From Bacteroidales bacterium (GTDB lineage: Bacteria > Bacteroidota > Bacteroidia > Bacteroidales > JAAUTT01): a DNA stretch of 64,000 nt. Location: the NCBI GenBank assembly GCA_038320545.1, contig JBBQEI010000013.1:6555-70554 (forward strand), read 5' to 3'. Positions within the stretch are counted from its first letter, which is position 1. Each line of letters opens with the position of its first letter. This document shows, in pieces, positions 19,565-29,140 of this stretch. A model generated the notes under the pieces. It had not been told where the DNA came from, made no database searches, and was given only the letters and a program-made list of their open reading frames with translations. The position numbers and the translations under genes are program-made.

Positions 19565-19608
19565 ATTAGACTATTAGACTATTAGGCTAAAGGCTATTAG
19601 GTATTAGG
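19565..19608. repeat. Phased low-complexity tract (TTAGACTA / TTAGGCTA / TTAGGTA units)
   Basis: Begins 3 nt after the fabH stop. Six consecutive 7-8-nt units are variations on TTAGGNTA. Confidence 0.7.
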
Positions 19609-19641
19609 AAAAACAAAAAAGATTTTAGGGAAAATATAAAA

Positions 19642-19669
19642 GGCTCTTCAATTTTGGAGGGTCTTTTTT
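19642..19669 (+). terminator. Possible intrinsic terminator of fabH
   Basis: GGCTCTTCA-ATTT-TGGAGGGTC stem (contains G-U pairs) followed by TTTTTT. Confidence 0.4.
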
Positions 19670-19695
19670 GTTTATAATGGTAGTTCCTGGGAAAG

Positions 19696-19743
19696 GGTAT
19701 TAGGATATTAGGCTATTAGATGTTAGTTTATTAGGTATTAGAG
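19696..19743. repeat. Second TTAGG-type low-complexity tract
   Basis: GGTATTAGGATATTAGGCTATTAGATGTTAGTTTATTAGGTATTAGAG. Like the first tract, it is followed by AAAACAAAAAA and a CTCTTC...GGA..TCTTTT hairpin-like module. Confidence 0.7.
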
Positions 19744-20003
19744 AAAACAAAAAACTCTTCCATTTGGAAAATCTTTTCACTACGAATATATTGTTTATTC
19801 CGCCTATTCGATACCATTTTGTCCCAGCCTTACAGGCTGAACGGAAGTGGGGAGCCTAAAGTACCTTGGGTTTCACTCAAAGTTGGGATGTCTCAGCTTT
19901 TCAGCCTGAAGAATACGATTCAGGTCCCTGGATTCAGTATATAGTGATGGCTATTCACAGTAAACCGCTGGTATTATACAATTTCACCCTGTATTCGCAA
20001 TTA

Positions 20004-20068
20004 ATATCTAACATCTAAACACCTAACACCTAAAATCTAAACACCTAACACCTAAAATCTAAAACCTA
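20004..20068. repeat. CCTAA-type low-complexity tract, complementary in composition to the tracts at 19565 and 19696
   Basis: Contains a perfect 22-nt tandem duplication, AAACACCTAACACCTAAAATCT (20017-20038 and 20039-20060). CTAACATCTAA (20008-20018) is the exact complement of TTAGATGTTAG inside 19696-19743. Confidence 0.75.
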
Positions 20069-20136
20069 TTCAAAAAACCAAAAAAAGTTAGATACTTTTA
20101 TTTTATAATCATTTAACTAATCTACCTTAGTTTTTA

Positions 20137-20144
20137 TATATTTG
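20137..20144 (+). promoter_or_regulatory. Candidate -7 promoter box (TATATTTG) for the bactofilin-atp operon
   Basis: TAnnTTTG match about 40 nt upstream of the ATG at 20185. Confidence 0.45.
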
Positions 20145-20184
20145 TTATTAACAAGTATAAACTCAAAAAATAAAACCTGCTGCT

Positions 20185-20547
20185 ATGGGAAAGTTTGTAG
20201 AAAACGAACCAAATTCACACAATACAATTACTAACGGTACTGAAATAACCGGTGATATTAATTCTGTGGGAGATATCCGCCTGGATGGATACCTTAATGG
20301 AAATGTAAATTCAAAAGGGAAACTGGTTATTGGTGAATCGGGAAAAGTAACCGGAACCATAAATTGTAAAAATGCCGATATATATGGAATAGTTGACGGA
20401 AAAGTAAATGTCTCCGAACTATTATCGTTAAAAGCCACTGCAAAAGTATCCGGTGATATTCTTACAAACCGTCTGGCAATAGAACCAGGTTGTAATTTTA
20501 CAGGGAATTGCAAGATGACAGAAGAGCAAAGAAATAATGACATCTGA
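20185..20547 (+). CDS. Bactofilin (polymer-forming cytoskeletal protein, DUF583)
   Basis: 120 aa of beta-helical repeats: ITGDINSVGDIRLDGYLNGNVNSKGKLVIGESGKVTGTINCKNADIYGIVDGKV. Confidence 0.85.
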   Translation: MGKFVENEPNSHNTITNGTEITGDINSVGDIRLDGYLNGNVNSKGKLVIGESGKVTGTINCKNADIYGIVDGKVNVSELLSLKATAKVSGDILTNRLAIEPGCNFTGNCKMTEEQRNNDI

Positions 20548-20770
20548 AAAGGATAAAGTCCCCGGCAAAGATCAAGTAAATTATTATGCTAAATATTCCG
20601 CAATGGCTTTTCAAATGGCTATTACTATTGGACTTGGAACATTTGGAGGATATAAATTAGATCAGTTGCTGGGATTAAAATTTCATATTTTTACCATTAT
20701 ACTGGCACTACTCTCAGTAGTAGCTGCCATCTATTTTGTTGTAAAAGATCTTTTAAAACCAAAAAAATAA
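20537..20770 (+). CDS. AtpZ/AtpI-family small membrane protein
   Basis: 77 aa with two TM helices and AFQMAITIGLGTFGGYKLDQ. It overlaps the bactofilin stop by 11 nt and precedes the atp genes. Confidence 0.7.
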   Translation: MTSEKDKVPGKDQVNYYAKYSAMAFQMAITIGLGTFGGYKLDQLLGLKFHIFTIILALLSVVAAIYFVVKDLLKPKK

Positions 20771-21180
20771 TGATGCGTAAAGCAATATCAAGTTATATTT
20801 TTCAATCATTAATTATTTCAGTTATACTGGCACTTTCATATTTTATTTTTTGTAAGTTCGGTTATCCTGATTTGTACACACCGAAAGTTTATTTCTTAAT
20901 AGCAATTTTATTTACTATTAATTGCTTGTTTCATAGTTATTTCGTTTATACTATTTTAGAAAAAAATGAAGCTTTTGTTCGCAGGTTTTTAGCTTCTACT
21001 ATGTTAAAGCTTCTGATATACTTGACAATTATTGTTATAATGATATTTACAAGTCAGGCTCTGATTAAAGTAATATTGGTTAGTTTCCTTATCTTGTATA
21101 TGGTTTATACTGCTCACGAAATTTATTCCATTTTAGAATTCCTGAAAAAAAATAATTCGCAGCGTGTTAAAAGCAAATAG
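20770..21180 (+). CDS. Hypothetical four-TM membrane protein inside the atp operon
   Basis: 136 aa and hydrophobic. Its start overlaps the preceding stop (TAATG). No recognisable motif. Confidence 0.5.
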   Translation: MMRKAISSYIFQSLIISVILALSYFIFCKFGYPDLYTPKVYFLIAILFTINCLFHSYFVYTILEKNEAFVRRFLASTMLKLLIYLTIIVIMIFTSQALIKVILVSFLILYMVYTAHEIYSILEFLKKNNSQRVKSK

Positions 21181-21215
21181 TTTTTACTAACTTTAATTTT
21201 ATTTTTTTGTAAGCG

Positions 21216-22322
21216 ATGAATCTTAGTAGTAAACGAATTTTATTTCGAATTATATTCTTAGTATTCAGCATCTTAATCATCAGTTCTTCTTTATACGCTT
21301 CTGAACCGGAGCATTTGGCAATTAAAGAAGGTGGAAATGAGAAGAAGGCATTTAATGCTGGTGATTTTATATTTGATCACATCAAAGATGCTTATGAATG
21401 GCATGTAATCACATGGAGAGGTAAACACTATTCTATACCCTTAACTGTTATCGTTTATAGCAAACAAAGCGGATGGAACGTATTTTCCTCATCAAAATTT
21501 CATCATGGGCACGAATCGCACAATGGATTTAGTATTGCGCAAGAAGGTAAATATAAAGGAAAAGTTGTTGAGAAAAGTGAAACGGGAGAAGTTATCCGGC
21601 CTATCGATATCTCACTTACAAAAAATATTCTTTCACTTTTAATTGGAGTAACTATCATGCTTTGGCTGTTCATAAGTATTGCCAACAGCTATAAAAGAAA
21701 TCCAAATAAAGCACCTAAGGGTGTGCAGGCTTTTGTAGAACCTTTAATTCTTTTTGTTCGCGACGATATTGCCCGTCCGGCCATTGGAGAACATAAATAC
21801 GAAAAATACATGCCGTTTCTACTAACCGTATTTTTCTTTATATGGATCAACAATATGCTTGGACTCATTCCCATATTCCCCGGAGGCGCAAATCTTACAG
21901 GTAATATTTCCATAACTCTTGTTTTAGCATTAATAACTTTTGCAATTACCACAGTTAGCGGTACAAAAGATTATTGGATGCACATTATCAATATGCCTGG
22001 TGTTCCAATTTGGTTAAAGCTTCCGGTGCCGTTAATGCCATTTATCGAGATTATGGGTGTTTTCCTGAAGCCATTCGTATTGATGATTCGTCTCTTTGCA
22101 AACATAACAGCAGGTCACCTTATTATATTAGGTTTTATCAGCCTTATTTTTATATTCGGCTCTATGAGTCCAATTGGAGGATATGGCATTTCAATATTAT
22201 CGATCGGGTTTTCAATATTCATGATGTTTATTGAATTACTGGTTGCCTTTATTCAGGCATACGTTTTTACTTTATTATCGGCCATGTATTTTGGAATGGC
22301 CTTGGAAAAAGCACATCATTAA
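21216..22322 (+). CDS. atpB: F0F1 ATP synthase subunit a
   Basis: C-terminal LMIRLFANITAGHLI and LLVAFIQAYVFTLL motifs, plus a long N-terminal extension. Confidence 0.9.
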   Translation: MNLSSKRILFRIIFLVFSILIISSSLYASEPEHLAIKEGGNEKKAFNAGDFIFDHIKDAYEWHVITWRGKHYSIPLTVIVYSKQSGWNVFSSSKFHHGHESHNGFSIAQEGKYKGKVVEKSETGEVIRPIDISLTKNILSLLIGVTIMLWLFISIANSYKRNPNKAPKGVQAFVEPLILFVRDDIARPAIGEHKYEKYMPFLLTVFFFIWINNMLGLIPIFPGGANLTGNISITLVLALITFAITTVSGTKDYWMHIINMPGVPIWLKLPVPLMPFIEIMGVFLKPFVLMIRLFANITAGHLIILGFISLIFIFGSMSPIGGYGISILSIGFSIFMMFIELLVAFIQAYVFTLLSAMYFGMALEKAHH

Positions 22323-22325
22323 TAA

Positions 22326-22601
<276 letters not shown>

Positions 22602-22669
22602 GGTTAAGAAACCAGCAGATTGGTTTTCCGGTCTGCTTTATTTTCTTTTAAACTAAATTCTAGAGTTTT

Positions 22670-23164
22670 ATGGAACTGATTACCCCGGATATCGGTACAA
22701 TGTTTTGGATGCTTGTGGTATTCCTTTCAGTGATGTTTGTTTTAACCAAATATGCCTGGAAACCTACCCTTAAAGCAATCCATAACCGGAGCAAAACAAT
22801 TGAAGATGCATTAAAATCTGCTGAAAGGGCCAAAGAAGAAATGGAAAAACTTCAGGCCAATAATGAAAAGATTCTTGCAGAGGCGCGTATTGAAAGGGAT
22901 TTATTGTTGAAAGATGCCCGATCGATGAAAGATAAAATTGTAAACGATGCCAAAGATATTGCTGCAGGTGAAGCTAAAAATATTATCGAAGCAGCTAAAG
23001 CAAGCATTAATAACGAAAAAGCTGCAGCTATCGCTGAAATCAGAACTCAGGTAGCAACGCTTTCTGTTCAGATTGCCGAAAAAATATTGAAGCAGAAATT
23101 ACAGGATGATCAGAAACAAAAAGATCTGATCAATAACCTGATGAAGGATATGAAATTAAATTAG
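22670..23164 (+). CDS. atpF: F0F1 ATP synthase subunit b
   Basis: A single N-terminal TM helix followed by a long charged coiled coil, in the expected operon position. Confidence 0.85.
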   Translation: MELITPDIGTMFWMLVVFLSVMFVLTKYAWKPTLKAIHNRSKTIEDALKSAERAKEEMEKLQANNEKILAEARIERDLLLKDARSMKDKIVNDAKDIAAGEAKNIIEAAKASINNEKAAAIAEIRTQVATLSVQIAEKILKQKLQDDQKQKDLINNLMKDMKLN

Positions 23165-23172
23165 GGTTATAG

Positions 23173-23727
23173 ATGGATTTAAGTAAAATATCAGTCAGGT
23201 ACGCTAAAGCCATTTACTTGCTTGGTAAAGAAAAAGGCCTGCTGGATCAGATAAAAATTGATATAACCCTTCTTTCAAATATTTTGAAATCAAATCCTGA
23301 TTTCAAAATGGTTATTGAAAGCCCGGTGTTAAAACCATCAGCAAAAATAAAAGCTGTTACCAGTATTTTTAAAGGTAAGATAAACGATCTCACTTTAAAC
23401 TTTCTGGTTATCCTTATTAAGAATAAACGCGAACAAAACCTCGAAGGCATCTGCAGAAGGTTTTCTGATATTTATGCGCAGGAAAAAGGTATTAAAACTG
23501 CTTTAATTACAACAGCTGTTGTTCTCGATGAGAATATTAGCAAAGCACTTTCAAAAATACTGGCTGAAGAATTTGAGGCTCAAATCGAAATTGAGCATAA
23601 AATTAATCCTGACATTTTGGGAGGTTATATCTTAAAAGTAGGTGATCAGCAGTACGATGCCTCCGTAGCAAGCAGTTTAAGGAAGATGATGCAGTCACTG
23701 GTTAAATCAGACTTTTCAAAGAATTAA
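23173..23727 (+). CDS. atpH: F0F1 ATP synthase subunit delta
   Basis: 184 aa with RYAKA near the N-terminus and a GG..L.VGD...D.S C-terminus, in the expected operon position. Confidence 0.85.
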   Translation: MDLSKISVRYAKAIYLLGKEKGLLDQIKIDITLLSNILKSNPDFKMVIESPVLKPSAKIKAVTSIFKGKINDLTLNFLVILIKNKREQNLEGICRRFSDIYAQEKGIKTALITTAVVLDENISKALSKILAEEFEAQIEIEHKINPDILGGYILKVGDQQYDASVASSLRKMMQSLVKSDFSKN

Positions 23728-23751
23728 ATTTTATAAATTTTTAATCAACAT

Positions 23752-25332
23752 ATGGCAGATATTAAACCTGCAGAAGTTTCGGCAATTTTAAAACAACAAA
23801 TAGAAGGTTTTAAATCGGAAGCTGCATTTGAAGAAGTAGGTACTGTTTTACAAGTTGGTGATGGTATTGCCCGTATTTATGGTCTTTCCAATGTTCAATC
23901 AAACGAAATGGTTGAATTTGATAACGGCTTAAAAGGAATAGTATTAAATCTCGAAGAAGATAATGTTGGGGTAGTATTATTAGGTTATACAGAATCTATT
24001 AAAGAAGGCGACAGCGTAAAACGTACACGTCGTATAGCTTCCATTATGGTTGGTGAAGGTTTGCTGGGGAGGGTTATCAATACCATTGGTGAGCCTGTTG
24101 ATGGACGCGGTCCTGTAAGTGGTGAGTTATACGAGATGCCACTTGAAAGGAAAGCCCCAGGTGTTATTTTTCGTCAGCCTGTTAAAGAGCCTTTACAAAC
24201 AGGTATTAAGTCAATTGATGCTATGATCCCAATCGGACGTGGTCAACGTGAGTTGATTATCGGCGACCGTCAAACCGGGAAAACAGCAATTGCTATCGAT
24301 ACCATTTTAAATCAGAAAGAATTTTTCGATCGTGGAGAACCTGTATATTGTATTTATGTTGCGATAGGACAAAAAGGTTCCACAGTTGCCAACATACAAA
24401 GAACTTTGGAACAATATGGAGCTATGGCCTATACTGTTATTGTAATGGCAACAGCATCCGATCCTGCCGCATTGCAATTTTACGCACCATTTGCCGGAGC
24501 TGCCATCGGGGAGTTTTTCCGTGATACCGGTCGTCCAGCCTTAGTGGTTTATGATGATTTATCGAAACAAGCGGTTTCGTATCGTGAGGTTTCATTGTTA
24601 CTTCGTCGGCCGCCAGGCCGTGAAGCATATCCGGGTGATGTATTTTACCTGCACTCCCGATTGTTGGAACGCGCTGCAAAAATTATCGAATCCGATGCAA
24701 TTGCCAGCAAGATGAACGATTTACCTGAATCAATCCGACATATTGTAAAAGGTGGAGGTTCGTTAACAGCTCTTCCTATTATCGAAACACAAGCTGGTGA
24801 CGTTTCGGCATATATTCCTACCAATGTAATTTCAATTACCGACGGTCAGATATTTTTAGAATCGAACTTGTTTAATTCCGGTATCCGTCCTGCTATCAAT
24901 GTTGGTATTTCGGTATCACGAGTAGGAGGTAATGCACAGATAAAATCGATGAAAAAAGTTGCCGGTACTTTAAAGATTGACCAGGCACAATTCCGTGAAC
25001 TGGAAGCATTCTCAAAATTCGGTTCTGATCTCGATGCTGCTACGCTGGCGGTTTTAGATAAAGGGTCGAAGAATGTTGAAATTCTGAAACAAGGTCAATT
25101 CTCCCCGGTTCCTGTTGAAAAACAAATTGCTATAATCTATTGTGGTACTAAAGGCTTATTGAGAGATGTTCCGGTAAATAAAGTGAGAGATTTTGAATTT
25201 GAGTTTATCGAATATCTTGAACTTAAACATAAGGATGTGTTAGTGGCCTTGAAAAGTGGTATTCTGAATGACGACACTGCTGCTGTTCTTGAAAAAGTAG
25301 CAAAAGATTTAACTGCAAAGTATAAAAAATAA
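23752..25332 (+). CDS. atpA: F0F1 ATP synthase subunit alpha
   Basis: [15 protein letters not shown] Walker A, and high overall identity to the alpha subunit. Confidence 0.97.
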   Translation: MADIKPAEVSAILKQQIEGFKSEAAFEEVGTVLQVGDGIARIYGLSNVQSNEMVEFDNGLKGIVLNLEEDNVGVVLLGYTESIKEGDSVKRTRRIASIMVGEGLLGRVINTIGEPVDGRGPVSGELYEMPLERKAPGVIFRQPVKEPLQTGIKSIDAMIPIGRGQRELIIGDRQTGKTAIAIDTILNQKEFFDRGEPVYCIYVAIGQKGSTVANIQRTLEQYGAMAYTVIVMATASDPAALQFYAPFAGAAIGEFFRDTGRPALVVYDDLSKQAVSYREVSLLLRRPPGREAYPGDVFYLHSRLLERAAKIIESDAIASKMNDLPESIRHIVKGGGSLTALPIIETQAGDVSAYIPTNVISITDGQIFLESNLFNSGIRPAINVGISVSRVGGNAQIKSMKKVAGTLKIDQAQFRELEAFSKFGSDLDAATLAVLDKGSKNVEILKQGQFSPVPVEKQIAIIYCGTKGLLRDVPVNKVRDFEFEFIEYLELKHKDVLVALKSGILNDDTAAVLEKVAKDLTAKYKK

Positions 25333-25349
25333 GAGAGTAGAGATCTGTT

Positions 25350-26240
25350 ATGGCAAGTACCAAAGAATTACGAACCCGTATAGCATCTACTGCTACTACC
25401 AGGCAAATTACCAGTGCCATGAAGATGGTATCGGCTGCCAAACTAAAAAAGGCACAGGATTCTGTACTTCAGCTTCGTCCTTATGTTCAGAAAATGCAGG
25501 AAATTCTGGGAAACATTAGTAGCAGTGATAATGAAGGCACAAGTATATTCACCAAAGCCAGAGCCGAGGAAAATGTGCTAATTGTTTTAGTAACTTCAAA
25601 TCGTGGCTTATGTGGAGCTTTTAACACCAATGTTTTTAAGCAGTCTTTGTTGGTGGTTCAGGAAAATTATGCTTCTCAGCTTGCTGCAAAAAAGCTATCT
25701 TTTATTTCTATTGGTAAAAAAGGAGGTGACCTTTTAAAGAGAAGGAATCTTCCGGTAGTTGAAATAAATACCAATTTAAATGATAAGGTTACTTTCGATA
25801 AAGTTGCCGATTATGCTGAAACCTTAATGAAAGATTATTCAGAAGGCAAGTACGATAAAATTGTAATTATCTATAACCAGTTTAAAAATGCTGCTGTTCA
25901 GATTCTTAGTACAGAACAATTTTTACCTGTACCAAAAGCTCAGCCATCTATTATAAAAGGCAAAGCTTTAAGCACAAATTATGATTTTATCTTTGAACCT
26001 TCAAAAGAACAGATTATCACGGATTTAATTCCAAAAACTCTTAAGGTTCAACTTTTTAAAGCTGTTCTGGATAGTATAGCTTCGGAGCATGGTGCCCGTA
26101 TGACTGCAATGCATAAAGCAACTGATAATGCTACTGAACTTCTTACTTCTTACAGAATACAATATAATAAAGCACGTCAATCGTCAATTACCAATGAAAT
26201 ACTTGAAATTGTAGGTGGTGCTGAGGCACTAAAAGGATAA
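25350..26240 (+). CDS. atpG: F0F1 ATP synthase subunit gamma
   Basis: KEL..RI.S...T.QIT.AMKMVSAAKL at the N-terminus and ARQ..IT.E..EIVGGA at the C-terminus. Confidence 0.95.
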   Translation: MASTKELRTRIASTATTRQITSAMKMVSAAKLKKAQDSVLQLRPYVQKMQEILGNISSSDNEGTSIFTKARAEENVLIVLVTSNRGLCGAFNTNVFKQSLLVVQENYASQLAAKKLSFISIGKKGGDLLKRRNLPVVEINTNLNDKVTFDKVADYAETLMKDYSEGKYDKIVIIYNQFKNAAVQILSTEQFLPVPKAQPSIIKGKALSTNYDFIFEPSKEQIITDLIPKTLKVQLFKAVLDSIASEHGARMTAMHKATDNATELLTSYRIQYNKARQSSITNEILEIVGGAEALKG

Positions 26241-26243
26241 AAT

Positions 26244-26274
26244 AAAAAACCACCGGAATTCCGGTGGTTTTTTA
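26244..26274. terminator. Bidirectional intrinsic terminator between atpG and the convergent peptidase gene
   Basis: AAAAAACCACCGG-AATT-CCGGTGGTTTTTT: a perfect GC-rich stem flanked by an A-tract and a T-tract. Confidence 0.85.
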
Positions 26275-26298
26275 TTTTAAGCCTATTTTAACTGTTAA

Positions 26299-26976
26299 TT
26301 AGTCCCTGCGTCCTAAATATATCATAATATAGTAAAGCAAGGTAGCCAACGATCCAAGTGCCGCAACCACATATGTATAAGCTGCCCAGCGCAAAGCATC
26401 CTGAGCTTGTGGATGAGTTCCATACGAAGTTATTCCGGAACTGTTTAGCCAAACCAATGCCCTTTTACTTGCATTAATCTCGACAGGTAATGTGATAAAG
26501 CTGAACAAGGTCATTACAGCAAATAAAATTATTCCAATTAAAAGTAAACTTGGGAAGGTATTTACTAATAAAATCCCTGCTAACAATACCCATTGAACCC
26601 AATTGGATGCAAAACTCACTACCGGCACTAAAGCAGAACGCATTTGTAAAAATGCATAAGCCCTGGCGTGTTGCACGGCATGACCGCATTCATGAGCAGC
26701 AACAGCAGCTGCCGATACGTGGTTTCCATAATATACATCCCTACTTAGATTAACAGTTTTATTGGTCGGATTGTAATGGTCGGTTAAATCACCTTCAACT
26801 GATACTACCTTTACATCGTATATACCATTGTCATGTAACATTTTCTCAGCAACTTCCCTTCCTGTGATTGAAACCGGAACCTTCGAATATTTTTTAAATT
26901 TTGATTTTAGTACCTGACTTATGATAAGGCTCACTATCATAACGGTAATAATAATGATCATACTTCCGAACGTCAT
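26299..26976 (-). CDS. Membrane zinc metallopeptidase, YugP-like
   Basis: 225 aa with an N-terminal TM helix, the HECGHAVQH zinc motif and C-terminal TM helices. Confidence 0.8.
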   Translation of the reverse strand: MTFGSMIIIITVMIVSLIISQVLKSKFKKYSKVPVSITGREVAEKMLHDNGIYDVKVVSVEGDLTDHYNPTNKTVNLSRDVYYGNHVSAAAVAAHECGHAVQHARAYAFLQMRSALVPVVSFASNWVQWVLLAGILLVNTFPSLLLIGIILFAVMTLFSFITLPVEINASKRALVWLNSSGITSYGTHPQAQDALRWAAYTYVVAALGSLATLLYYIMIYLGRRD

Positions 26977-27100
26977 ATTTCCTCTGTTTTTATGTTTATA
27001 ACTTTAATATAACAAAAAATGGGCCAAATCAGAAAATAACAAATTATATGACATTTTGAATGAATCTTGGAAATTCTGTCAGTTTAAATGGTAAATCTAT

Positions 27101-27108
27101 TATTTTTG
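27101..27108 (+). promoter_or_regulatory. Candidate -7 promoter box (TATTTTTG)
   Basis: It lies inside the long ORF-track model, 27 nt upstream of the ATG at 27135 that begins a signal peptide. This supports the shorter gene model. Confidence 0.45.
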
Positions 27109-27134
27109 ATGATCCTTTTCTTTTTAATAAACAT

Positions 27135-29111
27135 ATGAAATCCTTTTATATTTTATTATTTGCATTATATTTCTCCATAGATGCTTATTGCCAGTCAACT
27201 GAAGAATTGAACCTTACCGGACAACTGCAGTTTACAAATGGCGATTATATTGGTACTATTGCCACGATGGGAAAATTAGCTTCAATAGAACCCAAAAATG
27301 GGGACGCCTATTACTATAGCGGTTTATCGAAGATATTTTTGGGAGATAATCCCGGAGGTTGCACTGATATTGCCATTGCAAAAGGTTTGGGTGTTAAATT
27401 AATTGACAGGCGGTTTTTCGGTTTTTTGTGTGACTCGGAGTACAGGCTAAAATCATTAAAAGATTTTTTTTATCAGCGTACTGAACTTGTTGCCGCCAAT
27501 GGCTATCGTCCTCTCTATACCAGAAAGGATTCACTGAGAGGTAGTTTGCGTCCTGAAAGAACATCGTATGATGTTGTTTTTTATGATTTGCAGGTGAAGC
27601 CCGATGCTAAAAAGAAGTTTATAAGTGGAAGCAATGTTATTTATTTTAAAGTCATGGAACCTACCAAAAAGATTCAAATTGATCTTTTTGGTCAATACAA
27701 CATATCCGAAATTTTATGGAATGGTAAAGCTTTAAGTTTTACCAGGGAATATGATGCTATTTTTATCAGCTTTCCTGAAGAACTGGTTGTTAATTCCATT
27801 CAAAATATTAAAATAACTTATTCCGGAAAACCGCAGGAAGCCATAAATCCTCCCTGGGACGGTGGATTTGTCTGGAAAAAGGACAAAAAAGGGAATCGTT
27901 GGGATGGCGTGGCATGCGAACATTTAGGAGCCAGCTCCTGGTGGCCATGCAAGGATCACATGAGCGACGAACCTGACTCAATGAAGCTGACATTTATTGT
28001 TCCTTCAGAATATGATTTAATCTCGAATGGAACATTGATCAGTAAAAAGCAATTGGATGGTGGTCTTACTGCTCATACCTGGTTTGTTAAAAATTCGATT
28101 GATAATTACAATGCCACATTTTATATGGGTAAATTCAGTCATTTTTCCGATTCTGTAACCAACAGTGATGGCACTTATCCGCTCGATTATTATGTTCTTC
28201 CTTACAATCTTGAAAAAGCAAGGGAAACCTTCAAGCAAACCAAAGAAGTTATTATGGTTTATGAAGAATTATTTGGTAATTATCCATTTCCGGAAGATGG
28301 ATTTGGTATGATAGAATCGCCTTTTGAAGGAATGGAGCACCAGGGTGCCATTGCTTATGGAAATAATTTTGATAAAAAAAATAATGCTTATATCCATAAA
28401 GAATACGATTATATCATTGTGCATGAAACAGCACATGAGTGGTGGGGAAATTCAGTTTCAGCCGTTGATATGGCTGATATGTGGATTCAGGAGGGATTTT
28501 CAACTTATGCCGAATTGCTGTTCATGGAAAAAAGATTCGGGTATAATGATTATCTAAAGGAACTGGCAAAGAAAATGATTGAGATTTTCAACTTCTGGCC
28601 TTTGGTTCAAAATCGGGATGTGAATGAAAATACCTTTGCTTCAAACGATGTTTACACAAAAGGTGCAACAATACTTCATAATTTAAGATGCACAATGAAC
28701 GATGATTCTTTATTTTTTAAACTTATAAAGGATTTTGCCGTTACTAATAAGCAAAAGATTGTGTCGTCGTACGATTTTATCGACATGGTGAATAAGTATA
28801 CAGGTAAAGATTATACCCCATTTTTCGATAAATTTTTAAAAGAAGCCAGTTTACCCATCCTTGAATATAACTGGATCAAAAAAGATAAAAATATTGTGTT
28901 ATCATTTAAATGGAGTGAGGTAAAACCAGGATTCGAGATGCCATTTTGTATCCGTTCGGGAAATAATTCTTTCCGTTTGGTGGGAACAACTGAGGAACAA
29001 AAAGTGGTACTAAATAATGCAGAAACTTTCAGGTTTTTTAATTTCTGGTCGGGAACAGAAGGGGTTGAGAAAAATGCTTTTACTTATTTTTGGACGCGCA
29101 TGGTGAAATAG
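27135..29111 (+). CDS. Secreted M1-family zinc metallopeptidase (aminopeptidase N-like)
   Basis: Signal peptide MKSFYILLFALYFSIDAYCQ, a GMEH variant of the GAMEN motif, and HETAHEWWGN-x18-E (WIQEGFSTY). Confidence 0.85.
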   Translation: MKSFYILLFALYFSIDAYCQSTEELNLTGQLQFTNGDYIGTIATMGKLASIEPKNGDAYYYSGLSKIFLGDNPGGCTDIAIAKGLGVKLIDRRFFGFLCDSEYRLKSLKDFFYQRTELVAANGYRPLYTRKDSLRGSLRPERTSYDVVFYDLQVKPDAKKKFISGSNVIYFKVMEPTKKIQIDLFGQYNISEILWNGKALSFTREYDAIFISFPEELVVNSIQNIKITYSGKPQEAINPPWDGGFVWKKDKKGNRWDGVACEHLGASSWWPCKDHMSDEPDSMKLTFIVPSEYDLISNGTLISKKQLDGGLTAHTWFVKNSIDNYNATFYMGKFSHFSDSVTNSDGTYPLDYYVLPYNLEKARETFKQTKEVIMVYEELFGNYPFPEDGFGMIESPFEGMEHQGAIAYGNNFDKKNNAYIHKEYDYIIVHETAHEWWGNSVSAVDMADMWIQEGFSTYAELLFMEKRFGYNDYLKELAKKMIEIFNFWPLVQNRDVNENTFASNDVYTKGATILHNLRCTMNDDSLFFKLIKDFAVTNKQKIVSSYDFIDMVNKYTGKDYTPFFDKFLKEASLPILEYNWIKKDKNIVLSFKWSEVKPGFEMPFCIRSGNNSFRLVGTTEEQKVVLNNAETFRFFNFWSGTEGVEKNAFTYFWTRMVK

Positions 29112-29140
29112 GAGAGGGTTGCTAGTTGCGGGATACGGGG

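Noticed and set aside
20163-20543. 126-aa ORF antisense to the bactofilin gene
   Set aside because: It mirrors the bactofilin ORF almost exactly. The repetitive beta-helix codon pattern keeps the antisense frame open, and the sense product has the clear family signature.
27060-27134. Upstream extension of the M1 peptidase ORF (start at 27060)
   Set aside because: A TAnnTTTG box lies inside the extension, and the ATG at 27135 begins a typical signal peptide.
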